This document shows, piece after piece, positions 42,919 to 52,411 of a stretch of 64,000 bases of DNA. Positions within the stretch are counted from its first letter, which is position 1. Every line of letters begins with the position of its first letter. The notes beneath the pieces are model-generated. The model worked only from the letters and a program-made list of their open reading frames with translations. It made no database searches and was not told the DNA's origin. Source of the DNA: Candidatus Amesbacteria bacterium (lineage in GTDB: Bacteria; Patescibacteriota; Microgenomatia; CAZETR01; Amesbacteraceae). The stretch lies in NCBI GenBank assembly GCA_963736875.1, contig CAVTQH010000004.1:1793-65792 (forward strand), given 5' to 3'. A program made the translations under genes and the position numbers.

Positions 42919-43739
42919 ACCAGCAAGTTGTTGATATCGAAGTTGAATCATTACAAACCAACCCCCTCCAGCCCCGGGGGATAATTACCCCTGAATCACT
43001 TGTTGATCTGGTGGATTCCATACGTGAACACGGGATTCTTGAACCTTTGGTGGTAGCCAAAACACCTGCAGGCTTTCAAATAATTGCCGGGGAAAGACGC
43101 TGGCGTGCAGCCAAACTTGCCGGCCACAAAACTGTTCCGGCAATAATCAAGGAAACCACTCCCCAGGGAATGCTGGAAATGGCTTTGGTGGAAAATGTTC
43201 AGAGATCGGACCTAAACCCGGTTGACCGGGCTAAGGCTTTCGAAAGATTAATCTCCGAGTTCGGTCTGACAAACAGTGAAATATCCCAGAGAATAGGTAA
43301 AAGTCCGGCATATGTCAGCAATTCTCTGCGCCTGTTAACCCTGCCGGATGCTTTAAAAGACGGGCTTCTCACCGGTCTTATCAGTGAAGGTCATGCCAGA
43401 GCCCTGGCAGCCATCGAGGACAGCCGATTAATCGTGGAGGGATATAAGATCATTCTGAAAGAAGCCGGGTCAGTCAGACGGGCTGAGGAGTTGGCCCGTA
43501 AACTCCGGGCACAGGTCGGCAACAAACCCAAAACCGTGGGTTTCAGGCCGGGTCATGAAATAAGCGAAGAAATCGACACCATGAGGAAGAGTATGGAGGA
43601 CTCCCTGGGAGGTAAACCGGGCGCAACAGTCCGTCTGTCCAGATCCAGAGCTGAAACACGGCTGACGATCATTCTTAAAGGAAACCAGCAGGACACCGAA
43701 GAAAAATTACAGAAGATTTTCCGCGGCCTGACTTCTTAA
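42915..43739 (+). CDS. parB: chromosome partitioning protein ParB/Spo0J family
   Basis: PRGIITPESLVDLVDSIREHGILEPLVV...IIAGERRWRAAKLAG...HTH (LTNSEISQRIGKSPAYVSNSLRLL). Confidence 0.8.
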   Translation: MNQQVVDIEVESLQTNPLQPRGIITPESLVDLVDSIREHGILEPLVVAKTPAGFQIIAGERRWRAAKLAGHKTVPAIIKETTPQGMLEMALVENVQRSDLNPVDRAKAFERLISEFGLTNSEISQRIGKSPAYVSNSLRLLTLPDALKDGLLTGLISEGHARALAAIEDSRLIVEGYKIILKEAGSVRRAEELARKLRAQVGNKPKTVGFRPGHEISEEIDTMRKSMEDSLGGKPGATVRLSRSRAETRLTIILKGNQQDTEEKLQKIFRGLTS

Positions 43740-44317
43740 ATACCCTGGTATTTCTGGTGTTCGATAATTCCGATTTTTGGCACGGGCCAGTAACGTATCC
43801 AGGCTTTTCCCACAATAGCTTTGAGAGACACCGGTCCCCACTCGCGCGAATCAGATGAAAATCCCCGGTTATCACCCATTACCATGTAATAGCCATCGGG
43901 GATGGCATAAGGTACACCATCTCTCAGAAACGCCTTTTCGGTGGTGACAAATTCCGTTGGAATATAAGACTCCTGAAGCATTTCCCCGTTAATATATATT
44001 TTTCCGTCTTTAACCATAATTGTTTCTCCCGGAAGACCGATGATTCTTTTAATAAAATCACTATCATAAGGAGGGGGAGCATGAAAAACCACCACATCAC
44101 CCCTGGAAGGTTGGCTTCTGCGGTAAGTGATTTTGTCGGTTAAAATAAATTCCTTATCGTGGAAATTCGGAAACATTGAACTGCCGTCTACTTTATGAGG
44201 TTGAAACAAAAACAGGTAGACCATCATAAAGATGGCAAAAGCCATTACGATCGGCTGGAGGGCATCAATAATGGCGGCTACCCCTTTTCGGTTCCTGAGT
44301 TTAAACATGAATAACAT
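43736..44317 (-). CDS. lepB: signal peptidase I
   Basis: DGSSMFPNF (Ser nucleophile), KRIIGLPGE (Lys), GDNRGFSSDSREWG. Confidence 0.8.
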   Translation of the reverse strand: MLFMFKLRNRKGVAAIIDALQPIVMAFAIFMMVYLFLFQPHKVDGSSMFPNFHDKEFILTDKITYRRSQPSRGDVVVFHAPPPYDSDFIKRIIGLPGETIMVKDGKIYINGEMLQESYIPTEFVTTEKAFLRDGVPYAIPDGYYMVMGDNRGFSSDSREWGPVSLKAIVGKAWIRYWPVPKIGIIEHQKYQGI

Positions 44318-44354
44318 TATGCCTTCTATGCTAAAATTTGTCGAGGGAAAAATT

Positions 44355-44427
44355 GGACGATTGGCTCAGTCGGCAGAGCGCCGCTTTCACATAGCGGAGG
44401 TCGCAGGTTCGATTCCTGCATCGTCCA
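44355..44427 (+). tRNA. tRNA-Val (anticodon CAC)
   Basis: Hand-folded cloverleaf. Acceptor GGACGAT/ATCGTCC, D-stem GCTC/GAGC, anticodon stem CCGCT/AGCGG with loop TTCACAT, T-arm GCAGG-TTCGATT-CCTGC, discriminator A. No encoded CCA. Confidence 0.85.
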
Positions 44428-44462
44428 CACGATTGGTATATTGCCTATACAAAGGCAAATAA

Positions 44463-44491
44463 TTGACTCTCAGAGAGAAACATCCTATAAT
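44463..44491 (+). promoter_or_regulatory. near-consensus sigma70 promoter (TTGACT-17-TATAAT), probably leaderless transcript
   Basis: TTGACT 44463-44468, 17-nt spacer, TATAAT 44486-44491. The ATG at 44499 lies 7 nt after the -10. Confidence 0.5.
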
Positions 44492-44498
44492 ACCTGAT

Positions 44499-44717
44499 AT
44501 GGCTTGTGTTTTTTTAGAAGGAGAGAGTTGTAAGTTTGCTGAATTTGGAAAACAGGTGCGTTTGGCTTGGACTGCTAAGTTAATAGGAGATAGTCCTCTA
44601 ATTGAAGAATATGAACAACCAATTAAGGATAGATTATCGTTAGAATATTTGGAATTCTATGATCTTGTAATGTTAAGAGCAATGGTTGACAACCGAAACA
44701 CCTTCCCGAAGATGTGA
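44499..44717 (+). CDS. small hypothetical protein (72 aa)
   Basis: ATG at 44499 (MACVFLEGESCKFAEFGKQVRLAWTAK...). The ORF-track TTG start at 44463 is the -35 hexamer. Confidence 0.35.
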   Translation: MACVFLEGESCKFAEFGKQVRLAWTAKLIGDSPLIEEYEQPIKDRLSLEYLEFYDLVMLRAMVDNRNTFPKM

Positions 44718-44886
44718 AAATGGAACATGCCAGGTATGACCAAAGTACTACCAGTCAAGCTGAATGCACAACATACATCAATGGTGATATTAAGCGTACC
44801 TAGCGTTTAATCCGCTTCCTAAAATATCTAAAAGTGGCATAATCCAATCCAGAAATGTGTTCGAACTGGAACGCACTTCCCCCCAC

Positions 44887-45593
44887 TTGAAAACTCTTTT
44901 TCTCATCTTCTTTTTCACTTTTATTTTACCCTTGTCATTTAATTTAACTCCTCGGATTACTCCCCCGGTTACTCCTTCTCCGTAACGCCGTTACCTGCAT
45001 TAATTTACATCACGGACGTACCTTTTATTTCCCAGGCTCCGTTTGGGGACTGGAAAGACCCCAGGCAGCAGGACGGATGTGAAGAAGCGGCATCAATGAT
45101 AGCGGTGTACTGGGCCAGGGGTGAATCACTAACCAAAACCCGGGCATTGGAGCAAATCATTTCCATTGCGGCTTATGAGACGGAAAAATACGGTCAATAT
45201 ACTGATACTTCCGCGGCAGACACTACAGCAAGGATTATTAAAGGTTACTTTAACTATCCCCACGCTCAATCGATAAACGTTTCATCTCTTGGTGATTTAA
45301 TAAATCCTTTAAGTCATAAGCAGTTGGTAATTGTTCCCACAAACGGGCGTATGCTCCGAAATCCCAACTATACCGCTCCGGGGCCTGAGCGTCATAATTT
45401 GGTAATCCGGGGTTACGACTCAACCACCAAAGAATTTATCACCAACGATCCGGGTACCAGAAAAGGGGAAAACTACCGCTATCCTGAAAAAATTTTATTT
45501 GATGCTATTCGTGACTACCCGACCGGTGATCACCTGCCAATTCTTATTGCTTCAAAATCCGCCATAATAATCTCTAAAATCCCCTACGAATAA
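44887..45593 (+). CDS. secreted C39-like (Peptidase_C39_2-type) cysteine peptidase domain protein (frameshift at C-run near 44960)
   Basis: TTG start gives signal-peptide-like LKTLFLIFFFTFILPLSF. After the shift: VPFISQAPFGDWKDPRQQDGCEEAASMIAVYW (Q...C motif of C39-like peptidases), continuing as ORF 45096-45593. Confidence 0.4.
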
Positions 45594-45602
45594 TCTTCTC
45601 TT

Positions 45603-45989
45603 CTACAAACCTACCAAGCCATCTTCGTATTCATCTTCTTCAGTTTTACCCTCAAATGATTTTGCAGTTACTGGAACACCATCGGCTCTATAGTTGGTCG
45701 GGATATGAGTATGTATAGTGTGAACAACAAGGACTTCTTTTCCTTCTGAAGTATCAATAACTGGATATCCTCCCTTATTAATTCTGGGAGTAGACACTGT
45801 GTTTTCTGATGAATCCACACGAATCACACCAGCGGCAAATTTATCCTTCCAGCTGAAAACTTCTTCCCCGATCGCATAAGTTTTACCGGACCTCCCCCTA
45901 TGCGTTCTTGCACCCATTCTCCAAAGGCCACGAATAACCTGTGATATGCTTTCAGGGGTGGCTGTTAATATGTCTATTTCTCTTTTCAC
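45603..45989 (-). CDS. hypothetical protein (128 aa), co-directional and immediately downstream of the Kelch/lipase gene
   Basis: ORF only. Acidic C-terminus; no motif recognised. Confidence 0.3.
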   Translation of the reverse strand: MKREIDILTATPESISQVIRGLWRMGARTHRGRSGKTYAIGEEVFSWKDKFAAGVIRVDSSENTVSTPRINKGGYPVIDTSEGKEVLVVHTIHTHIPTNYRADGVPVTAKSFEGKTEEDEYEDGLVGL

Positions 45990-46090
45990 TGCCTCCTTTT
46001 AACACACGGCAAATTGAAAATCAACAGTTCTGCTGATCCTTATTGCCTCCAAATCCGTCATCCTGGTAGGAAATAATCCTTTACCTTAAG

Positions 46091-48793
46091 TTAAATATTG
46101 CTATCTAAATACTCCCATATATCCAGTTTAATCAGACGTAATTCCTCAATTATTTCCACGTTCGATATTTTTATTGACGAGTCAATAATTTTATCAATAT
46201 ATTTTATGACAGCCAAAGTATACACCTCCAATTTTTTCCCGGACTCTCTCTCCATTCTCCGTATCATCTTTTCCAATTGATCTAGAAAATTACCGAAAAT
46301 TAACTTGGTAGTCCATTTTTCAGCAGAATTCTGAACCTTTTGCCTTAATAGTTTCATTCGCAATAAAGCAGATTTAAGTGGATTGGCTCCTAAATTTTTT
46401 AAATTGAAGTCTGTGGCGAATACATACTCCCTCAATTGGCCTGAATCGGAAAAATTTCCCTGTGTAGTCTCCCAAGCCGAATCTTTCGGAGCCAATCTAC
46501 CAAAATACAGTGTATAAAGGCCGGCGCCTGAAGATAAAAGACTTACTTTATAATTCCCGTCGAATGGATCATTTATAATCAAAATTCCATCAGTAGGATT
46601 TAATATATTTCCATTCGGATCGGTAACGGAAAATGTGGCAGGTGAACCTAATGCCACTACCACAGCCCGGTTGAATTTTTTGGGATATACTATATGAGTA
46701 TCCCCTTCAATTCCCAATGCCTGTAACACTTTCAATTGACCCGCAACCTCTGTAACCAGCTGACCATGGTCAGCACCGTCAATTTCCCAGACGTTTTCAG
46801 ATGAGGAAATAAGAGCGCTCTCTAACAGAACCGTTCCGTCGCCATTAAGTGAAGTTTCCGACGACACCGGTTCACCGTCAACCCATTTACCCTGCAATTT
46901 ATCTTTTTCCGATGGTTGTTTAACTTTGATATATTTCAAAGTGTTCCAACCTTTACCCCCGATTGTTGTTAGCTTGGATAGTAATGGTGGCAGATATTGA
47001 TCCAAGGTCGGAAATAAATCGTTTTTCCACACGAGACTATCAACCGGTTTAATTACTCCCTTTAGGTCTTTAAGATAACCATAAATCGGTAGTAAGTTCT
47101 GCAACGATGGGATTGCTGCTTGAGCCGCAGCAACCTGATTTCCGAACTTAGGTGATCTGATCCTTAAATATAATTCACCCAGTACTCTTTGCCATGAAAT
47201 TAATTTAGTGAAATCCGCACCTTCCCAGGTAAGGTAAGCCATGGTGGCACCCGTATGGGGACTGCCCAATGTTATTACTTTACCGATTATGGGTAACATA
47301 TTATTCGATGCTGTCGCGCGGGCGATTAATCCTCCCATGCTGTGACCTACCAGATCAACCGTGGTTCCTTGAGGTTTGTTTGAAAGTACATTAGAAAAAA
47401 TATAAGCCGACAGACTGGCAGCATTTTCCACTACGTTCTTTCTCCAATCATAACAATACAGAAATAAGTTCTTATCTCTTTCATAACCAGAATTAACAAG
47501 TGACATTAGCAACCCATCATATACGTCCACAAAATGCGGAATAGACCACTGATTATTAGTGACTATTCCTTCATGCAGTATCACATCCTTATTCCAGCAA
47601 GCAAACATACCCGGGATAAATACTACGGGATTTTTAATAATCGGGGTTGAAGTCGGAACAAGAGTTGGGAGTGGCGTTGGAGTAATATCAGGCTGACCGA
47701 TAATATCGCCTATTGTAGCCATCCAAACAGAATCAAAATAAACAGATCCATCATGCCCACCGGTAATGTAAACTTTATCATTTAAAGTAGCAACTCCAGC
47801 GCAACAGGTGGTTCTCGGTAGGGGTGAATCGCTAAGTTTCCAAGTATCCAAAATTCCGCCTGGTAATATTTTGGCATAGTAAACGGTATCATAAGTTTTT
47901 GAATCATGTAATTTAACACCCCTTCCCCCAGCCACAACCACGTAGTCGCCAACTTTGGTAACCATAGTGTGATATGCCGGATCGCCGACGGAATTACCGG
48001 TATTTACCCATCCGGTTAAACTACCATTTTGACCGTCTATCGCTGCTCTCCAAACCTCATTTGTTGGCTTATAACACGAAGTAGTAGGGTCGTCACATAC
48101 TTTCTTAATGCCCCCGATAAAATACATATAATTTCCAATATTTACAGTAGCATGACCAATAACACCCATTTCTTGGGGTATACTCCCTGCATAATTCCAA
48201 CTTCCAAATTCTCCATTTTCATTAACCTCTGTCATAAGAACAATATTTGAAATAATTGGTGTGTCATAATTTGATCCATTCCAATAACCTCCTCCCGAAT
48301 AATAAATCTTTGACCCAACGGAGATACTTGAACCATCTGATATAGGGGTGTTTAAATTTGGCATTTGTGTCCAATTTTGAACAAGGCCATTAGTAATTTG
48401 ACCACGATAAACGGTATTTGTCGAAATTGTTTGATAATTGGGATATTCACATCCTCCTAAAATATAAACATAATCATCTACTGCGGCAAAATTGTGCCAA
48501 AATAAACGTTTGGGTTGCGCAGTTGAAGAAGAATCCCAAGAACTTATTAAACCCCCCTGATCAATTACCCCTCTTAATACTTCATTGTTTACAATATTCG
48601 CACTTCCACCGAATGAAAATAGGTAATTGTTATAAATTCCAAGAGGATTGTTGTGTATTATATAAGGTACTGGAGTTAAATTTGTCCAAATAGAATCGTT
48701 TGCAGAAATAGTGTTCTTTTGTGGATACCCTATTAAAGTAATAAAACAAAGAATAAAGAAACATATGAAAATATATTTTTTTCTTACTCTCAC
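46091..48793 (-). CDS. secreted multidomain protein: Kelch-type beta-propeller + LCAT/PGAP1-like alpha/beta-hydrolase (lipase/acyltransferase) + C-terminal domains
   Basis: Intact 900 aa with GTG start. Signal/TM MRVRKKYIFICFFILCFITLIG. Repeated Kelch-like blades (YLFSFGG, YVYILGG, YYSGGG, YFIGG, VVAGG, YITGG). P/T linker. CYDWR plus GHSMGG nucleophile elbow. The region is AT-rich. Confidence 0.6.
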   Translation of the reverse strand: MRVRKKYIFICFFILCFITLIGYPQKNTISANDSIWTNLTPVPYIIHNNPLGIYNNYLFSFGGSANIVNNEVLRGVIDQGGLISSWDSSSTAQPKRLFWHNFAAVDDYVYILGGCEYPNYQTISTNTVYRGQITNGLVQNWTQMPNLNTPISDGSSISVGSKIYYSGGGYWNGSNYDTPIISNIVLMTEVNENGEFGSWNYAGSIPQEMGVIGHATVNIGNYMYFIGGIKKVCDDPTTSCYKPTNEVWRAAIDGQNGSLTGWVNTGNSVGDPAYHTMVTKVGDYVVVAGGRGVKLHDSKTYDTVYYAKILPGGILDTWKLSDSPLPRTTCCAGVATLNDKVYITGGHDGSVYFDSVWMATIGDIIGQPDITPTPLPTLVPTSTPIIKNPVVFIPGMFACWNKDVILHEGIVTNNQWSIPHFVDVYDGLLMSLVNSGYERDKNLFLYCYDWRKNVVENAASLSAYIFSNVLSNKPQGTTVDLVGHSMGGLIARATASNNMLPIIGKVITLGSPHTGATMAYLTWEGADFTKLISWQRVLGELYLRIRSPKFGNQVAAAQAAIPSLQNLLPIYGYLKDLKGVIKPVDSLVWKNDLFPTLDQYLPPLLSKLTTIGGKGWNTLKYIKVKQPSEKDKLQGKWVDGEPVSSETSLNGDGTVLLESALISSSENVWEIDGADHGQLVTEVAGQLKVLQALGIEGDTHIVYPKKFNRAVVVALGSPATFSVTDPNGNILNPTDGILIINDPFDGNYKVSLLSSGAGLYTLYFGRLAPKDSAWETTQGNFSDSGQLREYVFATDFNLKNLGANPLKSALLRMKLLRQKVQNSAEKWTTKLIFGNFLDQLEKMIRRMERESGKKLEVYTLAVIKYIDKIIDSSIKISNVEIIEELRLIKLDIWEYLDSNI

Positions 48794-48829
48794 TGTTATA
48801 AACTTACAACATTATTACATAATATTTCA

Positions 48830-49642
48830 ATGATCAATATTTCAGTTGAAAAAGCCATAAATATTGAAAAAAAAAGGCATCGGCTAGCAGAAATTTCCGA
48901 TTATCCAAAGCTATTATTAACCTATAAAAGGAATATTCCTACAATTCCCAATCACAATACACCCAAATACTGGGACATAAGGAATTTTAAGACGGATACG
49001 TCTAAGGAGAATAATCCCATGGCTTGGGACAAAACGTCAATTCTTATTAAATGGATTAAATCAATAAAAAGTGCTAGGAATATATTAGATGTTGGATTTG
49101 GGCCAGGGGTAGTAGAAGACCGAATACTGAGTAAAGAAAATAATTATTCTTGGTATGGCATAGATATTTCCCAGGAATCAGTTGACTACGTTGCACATAA
49201 GTATCCAAAAGCTACATTTTTTAAACAAAGCATTTTTAAAATTAAATTTCCTGACAATACTTTTGATTTGGTTATCTCCTCCGAAATTCTTGAGCATATC
49301 AGTCCGGCTAAAATATTTTTAGCCCTTTCGGAAATAAATAGAGTATTAAAAAAACAAGGTCATATTTTGATATCTATACCTCTTAATGAAGGATTGGAAA
49401 AATATCTTTATAGAGGAGAAAATCCCATACAACATGTTAGAATCTATACCCCTAATATTATAAAGGCTGAATTAAAGATCGCGGGTTTTAAAATAATTAA
49501 ATGTAAATTGCTTTACGCTTTTAAAAATAATTATTTAGTAAAATCCTTGGTGAGTACACTATTTAATTTTAAAAAACCCAATAATTTAGTATTATGGGCT
49601 GAAAAGGTAACTAATATCAAAGACTCTCTTCTTAAAAAATGA
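48830..49642 (+). CDS. class I SAM-dependent methyltransferase
   Basis: ILDVGFGPGVVEDRIL...YGIDISQESV...FDLVISSEILEHI (Methyltransf_11-like). Confidence 0.65.
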   Translation: MINISVEKAINIEKKRHRLAEISDYPKLLLTYKRNIPTIPNHNTPKYWDIRNFKTDTSKENNPMAWDKTSILIKWIKSIKSARNILDVGFGPGVVEDRILSKENNYSWYGIDISQESVDYVAHKYPKATFFKQSIFKIKFPDNTFDLVISSEILEHISPAKIFLALSEINRVLKKQGHILISIPLNEGLEKYLYRGENPIQHVRIYTPNIIKAELKIAGFKIIKCKLLYAFKNNYLVKSLVSTLFNFKKPNNLVLWAEKVTNIKDSLLKK

Positions 49643-51471
49643 TTACTATTTGGGATAAATTATGGACTAAAGAAAATAAATCTGATGTTCATGGTAAACT
49701 GATCGAAATTATTAAGAAATATACTCCCGGTAAAAAGATTTTAGAGGTGGGATTTGGATCGGGGGGGGATTTACTGGAGTTGTCAAAATCAGGCTTCGAT
49801 TGCATAGGAATTGAATCTAGTAGGGTAGCCTACCAACGAGCAAGAAAAAATCTTCCCAGAAATATCACTATCATTTTTGGTGATGCTTTAAAAATGCCTT
49901 TTAAAGATGAAGAATTTGATGCCGTTTATCACCAGGGCGTGATGGAACATTTCAAAGATCCGAGAAAGTTTATTTCCCAGCAGTGGAGGGTTCTGAAAAA
50001 AGGCGGGGTTGTAATAATCGATGTTCCGCACAAATGGAATCTATACACTGTGTACAAAAATATCATCGGTATACTTGGGAACTGGTACGGAGGCTGGGAA
50101 AGAAGCTATTCCGAAACAGAACTTCAAAAACTCTTAAGCAGAAACAACTTTATACCAGTAAACATCTCTTATAGGGGAATTTGGCCTCACCGCTGGGGAA
50201 AATTCCTATATCCTGAAAAAATTGTTCAACGTAAATGGTTATTATCATATTTAAATATGCCTCCAATTATTTGGATTCGTGTAATTTTTAGATACTTATA
50301 TGAAAAGATCGGAATAATTAAAGCCCTGAGTAGCTACAATATTATTATCGTAGCAAAGAAAAAACCGACAAGGGTAGCTATTGACGCCAGATTTGCACAG
50401 GGGGAAGGCGGGGGGATATATAACTATTTAACACAATTAATAAAATATCTTTCGGAAAAAGGTTGTGAAGTAATCACCATCTCCGATAAACCTCTGGGTA
50501 ATAAATTTCCTAAAACCAGGAATATTGTTCTGAATAATTACTTTCACTGGTTATTTTGGGAACAGGTCCAGTTGCCGCTTACTCTGTATAAACTGAAACC
50601 TGATATTTATCTTGCAGCCGGGAATTGGGGAGTACCCATATTACACTTCTGCCGGACAATTTTGACAGTTCACGACGTTATCCCAAAAATATTTCAGGGA
50701 TATTTTGACGGTTCAACATATCCTATTTTATCCAAATTTCTATATCAGTTGAGAATGCAGGTCAACCTGATATTTTCGGATATTATTCTTTGTGACTCTA
50801 CAAGCACCGCCTCAAACATAAAGGATAATTTTTATGTAAAAAGCAGCAAATTAAATATAGTTCCATTAGCAATAGACCATGAGCTTCTAGGCAAGATTTC
50901 TCAAGATGATATAAACGGATTAAATATGTTAGGTATCAAAAAGCCCTACATTGTAAATCATGGTGGAATCGATAATCGGAAAAATAATGAAATGTTGATA
51001 AAGGCATTCGCACAGGCTGGCAAAAGTGACCCAAAAATAAGAAATACAATTATGGTAATTACCGGTAGAAATCCGGAAATTGAGAAAAAACTTATCAATC
51101 TAGCAGAAAATTTGGGGATAAAAGATCAGGTAAAACTAATTGGCTGGGTTAAACTAAAAGATTTGGCGATATTGGTAAGAAACGCTCAACTTGTAGCATA
51201 TCCGACTCTGGCAGAGGGATTTGGCATGCCGCTTTTGGAAGCCATGGTGGTAGGTGTACCAGTCGTGGCCAGTAACCTGCCGGTTCTGAAGGAGGTAGGT
51301 AAAGACGTTCCCATCTATATCAATCCCCTAGACGTTGAAAGTATCGCCAGGGGTTTAATAAGGGGTATCAGAGGAATTTCGAAAGAAAGATTAAACAAAG
51401 GAAAACTGCTGGCTAAACAGTATACTTGGGATAGGGTATTGGAAAAAACTTATAGCCTCTATGTTAAGTAA
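49639..51471 (+). CDS. bifunctional SAM-methyltransferase / GT4 glycosyltransferase fusion
   Basis: 610 aa. N-terminus ILEVGFGSGGDLLELSKSGFDCIGIE...FDAVYHQGVMEH (MTase motifs I-III). C-terminus EGFGMPLLEAMVVGVPVVASNLPVLKEVG (GT4). Confidence 0.65.
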   Translation: MITIWDKLWTKENKSDVHGKLIEIIKKYTPGKKILEVGFGSGGDLLELSKSGFDCIGIESSRVAYQRARKNLPRNITIIFGDALKMPFKDEEFDAVYHQGVMEHFKDPRKFISQQWRVLKKGGVVIIDVPHKWNLYTVYKNIIGILGNWYGGWERSYSETELQKLLSRNNFIPVNISYRGIWPHRWGKFLYPEKIVQRKWLLSYLNMPPIIWIRVIFRYLYEKIGIIKALSSYNIIIVAKKKPTRVAIDARFAQGEGGGIYNYLTQLIKYLSEKGCEVITISDKPLGNKFPKTRNIVLNNYFHWLFWEQVQLPLTLYKLKPDIYLAAGNWGVPILHFCRTILTVHDVIPKIFQGYFDGSTYPILSKFLYQLRMQVNLIFSDIILCDSTSTASNIKDNFYVKSSKLNIVPLAIDHELLGKISQDDINGLNMLGIKKPYIVNHGGIDNRKNNEMLIKAFAQAGKSDPKIRNTIMVITGRNPEIEKKLINLAENLGIKDQVKLIGWVKLKDLAILVRNAQLVAYPTLAEGFGMPLLEAMVVGVPVVASNLPVLKEVGKDVPIYINPLDVESIARGLIRGIRGISKERLNKGKLLAKQYTWDRVLEKTYSLYVK

Positions 51472-52411
51472 ACTCAAATTAACCAAAGCGGATATAATTA
51501 TCACGGTTTTTAATGAATCCGGGACAATCGGAAATCTGATTTCTGCATTAAAAAAACAGACTGTACAGCCGAAAGCTGTGATAATCGTTGATGGTGGATC
51601 CACGGACGGCACATACGCAAAATTAAAAGAGGAATCCAAAAAATGGTCGGTTCTTCAGGTTTACCAGATAGCAGGCAACCGTTCCGTGGGAAGAAATTAT
51701 GCAATTTCTCACGGCCGGTCACCGATTATCGTGATTACTGACGCCGGATGTATCCCCGAACCCAACTGGCTTGAAGAAATAGTCAAACCTTTTTCCGATC
51801 CCCAAACCCGGGTTGTCAGCGGGTTTTATAAAGGTATTCCGCAAAATATTTTTCAAAAATGCCTTATTCCTTATGTCCTGGTTATGCCTGATAAAGCCGG
51901 TAAAACAGAATTTTTTCCCTCTACCAGATCGATGGCGATCAGGCGGTCGGTATGGGATCAGTCAGGAGGATTTGATACCAAGTTAAACCACAATGAGGAT
52001 TACGCGTATGCCCACTGGCTGAAAAATATGGGGATTAAATTTATTTTTTCTCCGAAAGCCATCGTCGGCTGGATACCCCGGAAAAATCTGCATCAGACAG
52101 CCTGGATGTTTACCAGGTTTGCCATCGGGGATGTCCAATCAAAAATTATCAGGCCTAAAGTCAAATTGCTCTTTATCAGATACCTGATTTTTGTTTACTT
52201 TTTCATGCTATGTCTGCAGATTAAAATCTTATTCATTCCCCTGGGTATAATCTGCCTGATGTATTTAAGCTGGTCTATTGTTAAAAATTACCGGTATGTC
52301 CGCCACCCTATGGCATTTATTTGGCTGCCGGTTTTACAATTAACCGCTGATATTTCCGTTATATTCGGATCCATGGTCGGTTTTATGGCCAAAATCAATG
52401 GGTTATTTTAA
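51461..52411 (+). CDS. family 2 glycosyltransferase with C-terminal TM helices
   Basis: IIITVFNESGTIGNLISAL...IIVDGGSTDGT...ITDAGC. Confidence 0.7.
   Translation: MLSKLKLTKADIIITVFNESGTIGNLISALKKQTVQPKAVIIVDGGSTDGTYAKLKEESKKWSVLQVYQIAGNRSVGRNYAISHGRSPIIVITDAGCIPEPNWLEEIVKPFSDPQTRVVSGFYKGIPQNIFQKCLIPYVLVMPDKAGKTEFFPSTRSMAIRRSVWDQSGGFDTKLNHNEDYAYAHWLKNMGIKFIFSPKAIVGWIPRKNLHQTAWMFTRFAIGDVQSKIIRPKVKLLFIRYLIFVYFFMLCLQIKILFIPLGIICLMYLSWSIVKNYRYVRHPMAFIWLPVLQLTADISVIFGSMVGFMAKINGLF

Noticed and set aside
44232-44462. ORF-track ORF (76 aa, +) overlapping tRNA-Val
   Set aside because: It spans the entire hand-folded tRNA-Val cloverleaf (44355-44427), so it is a spurious ORF.
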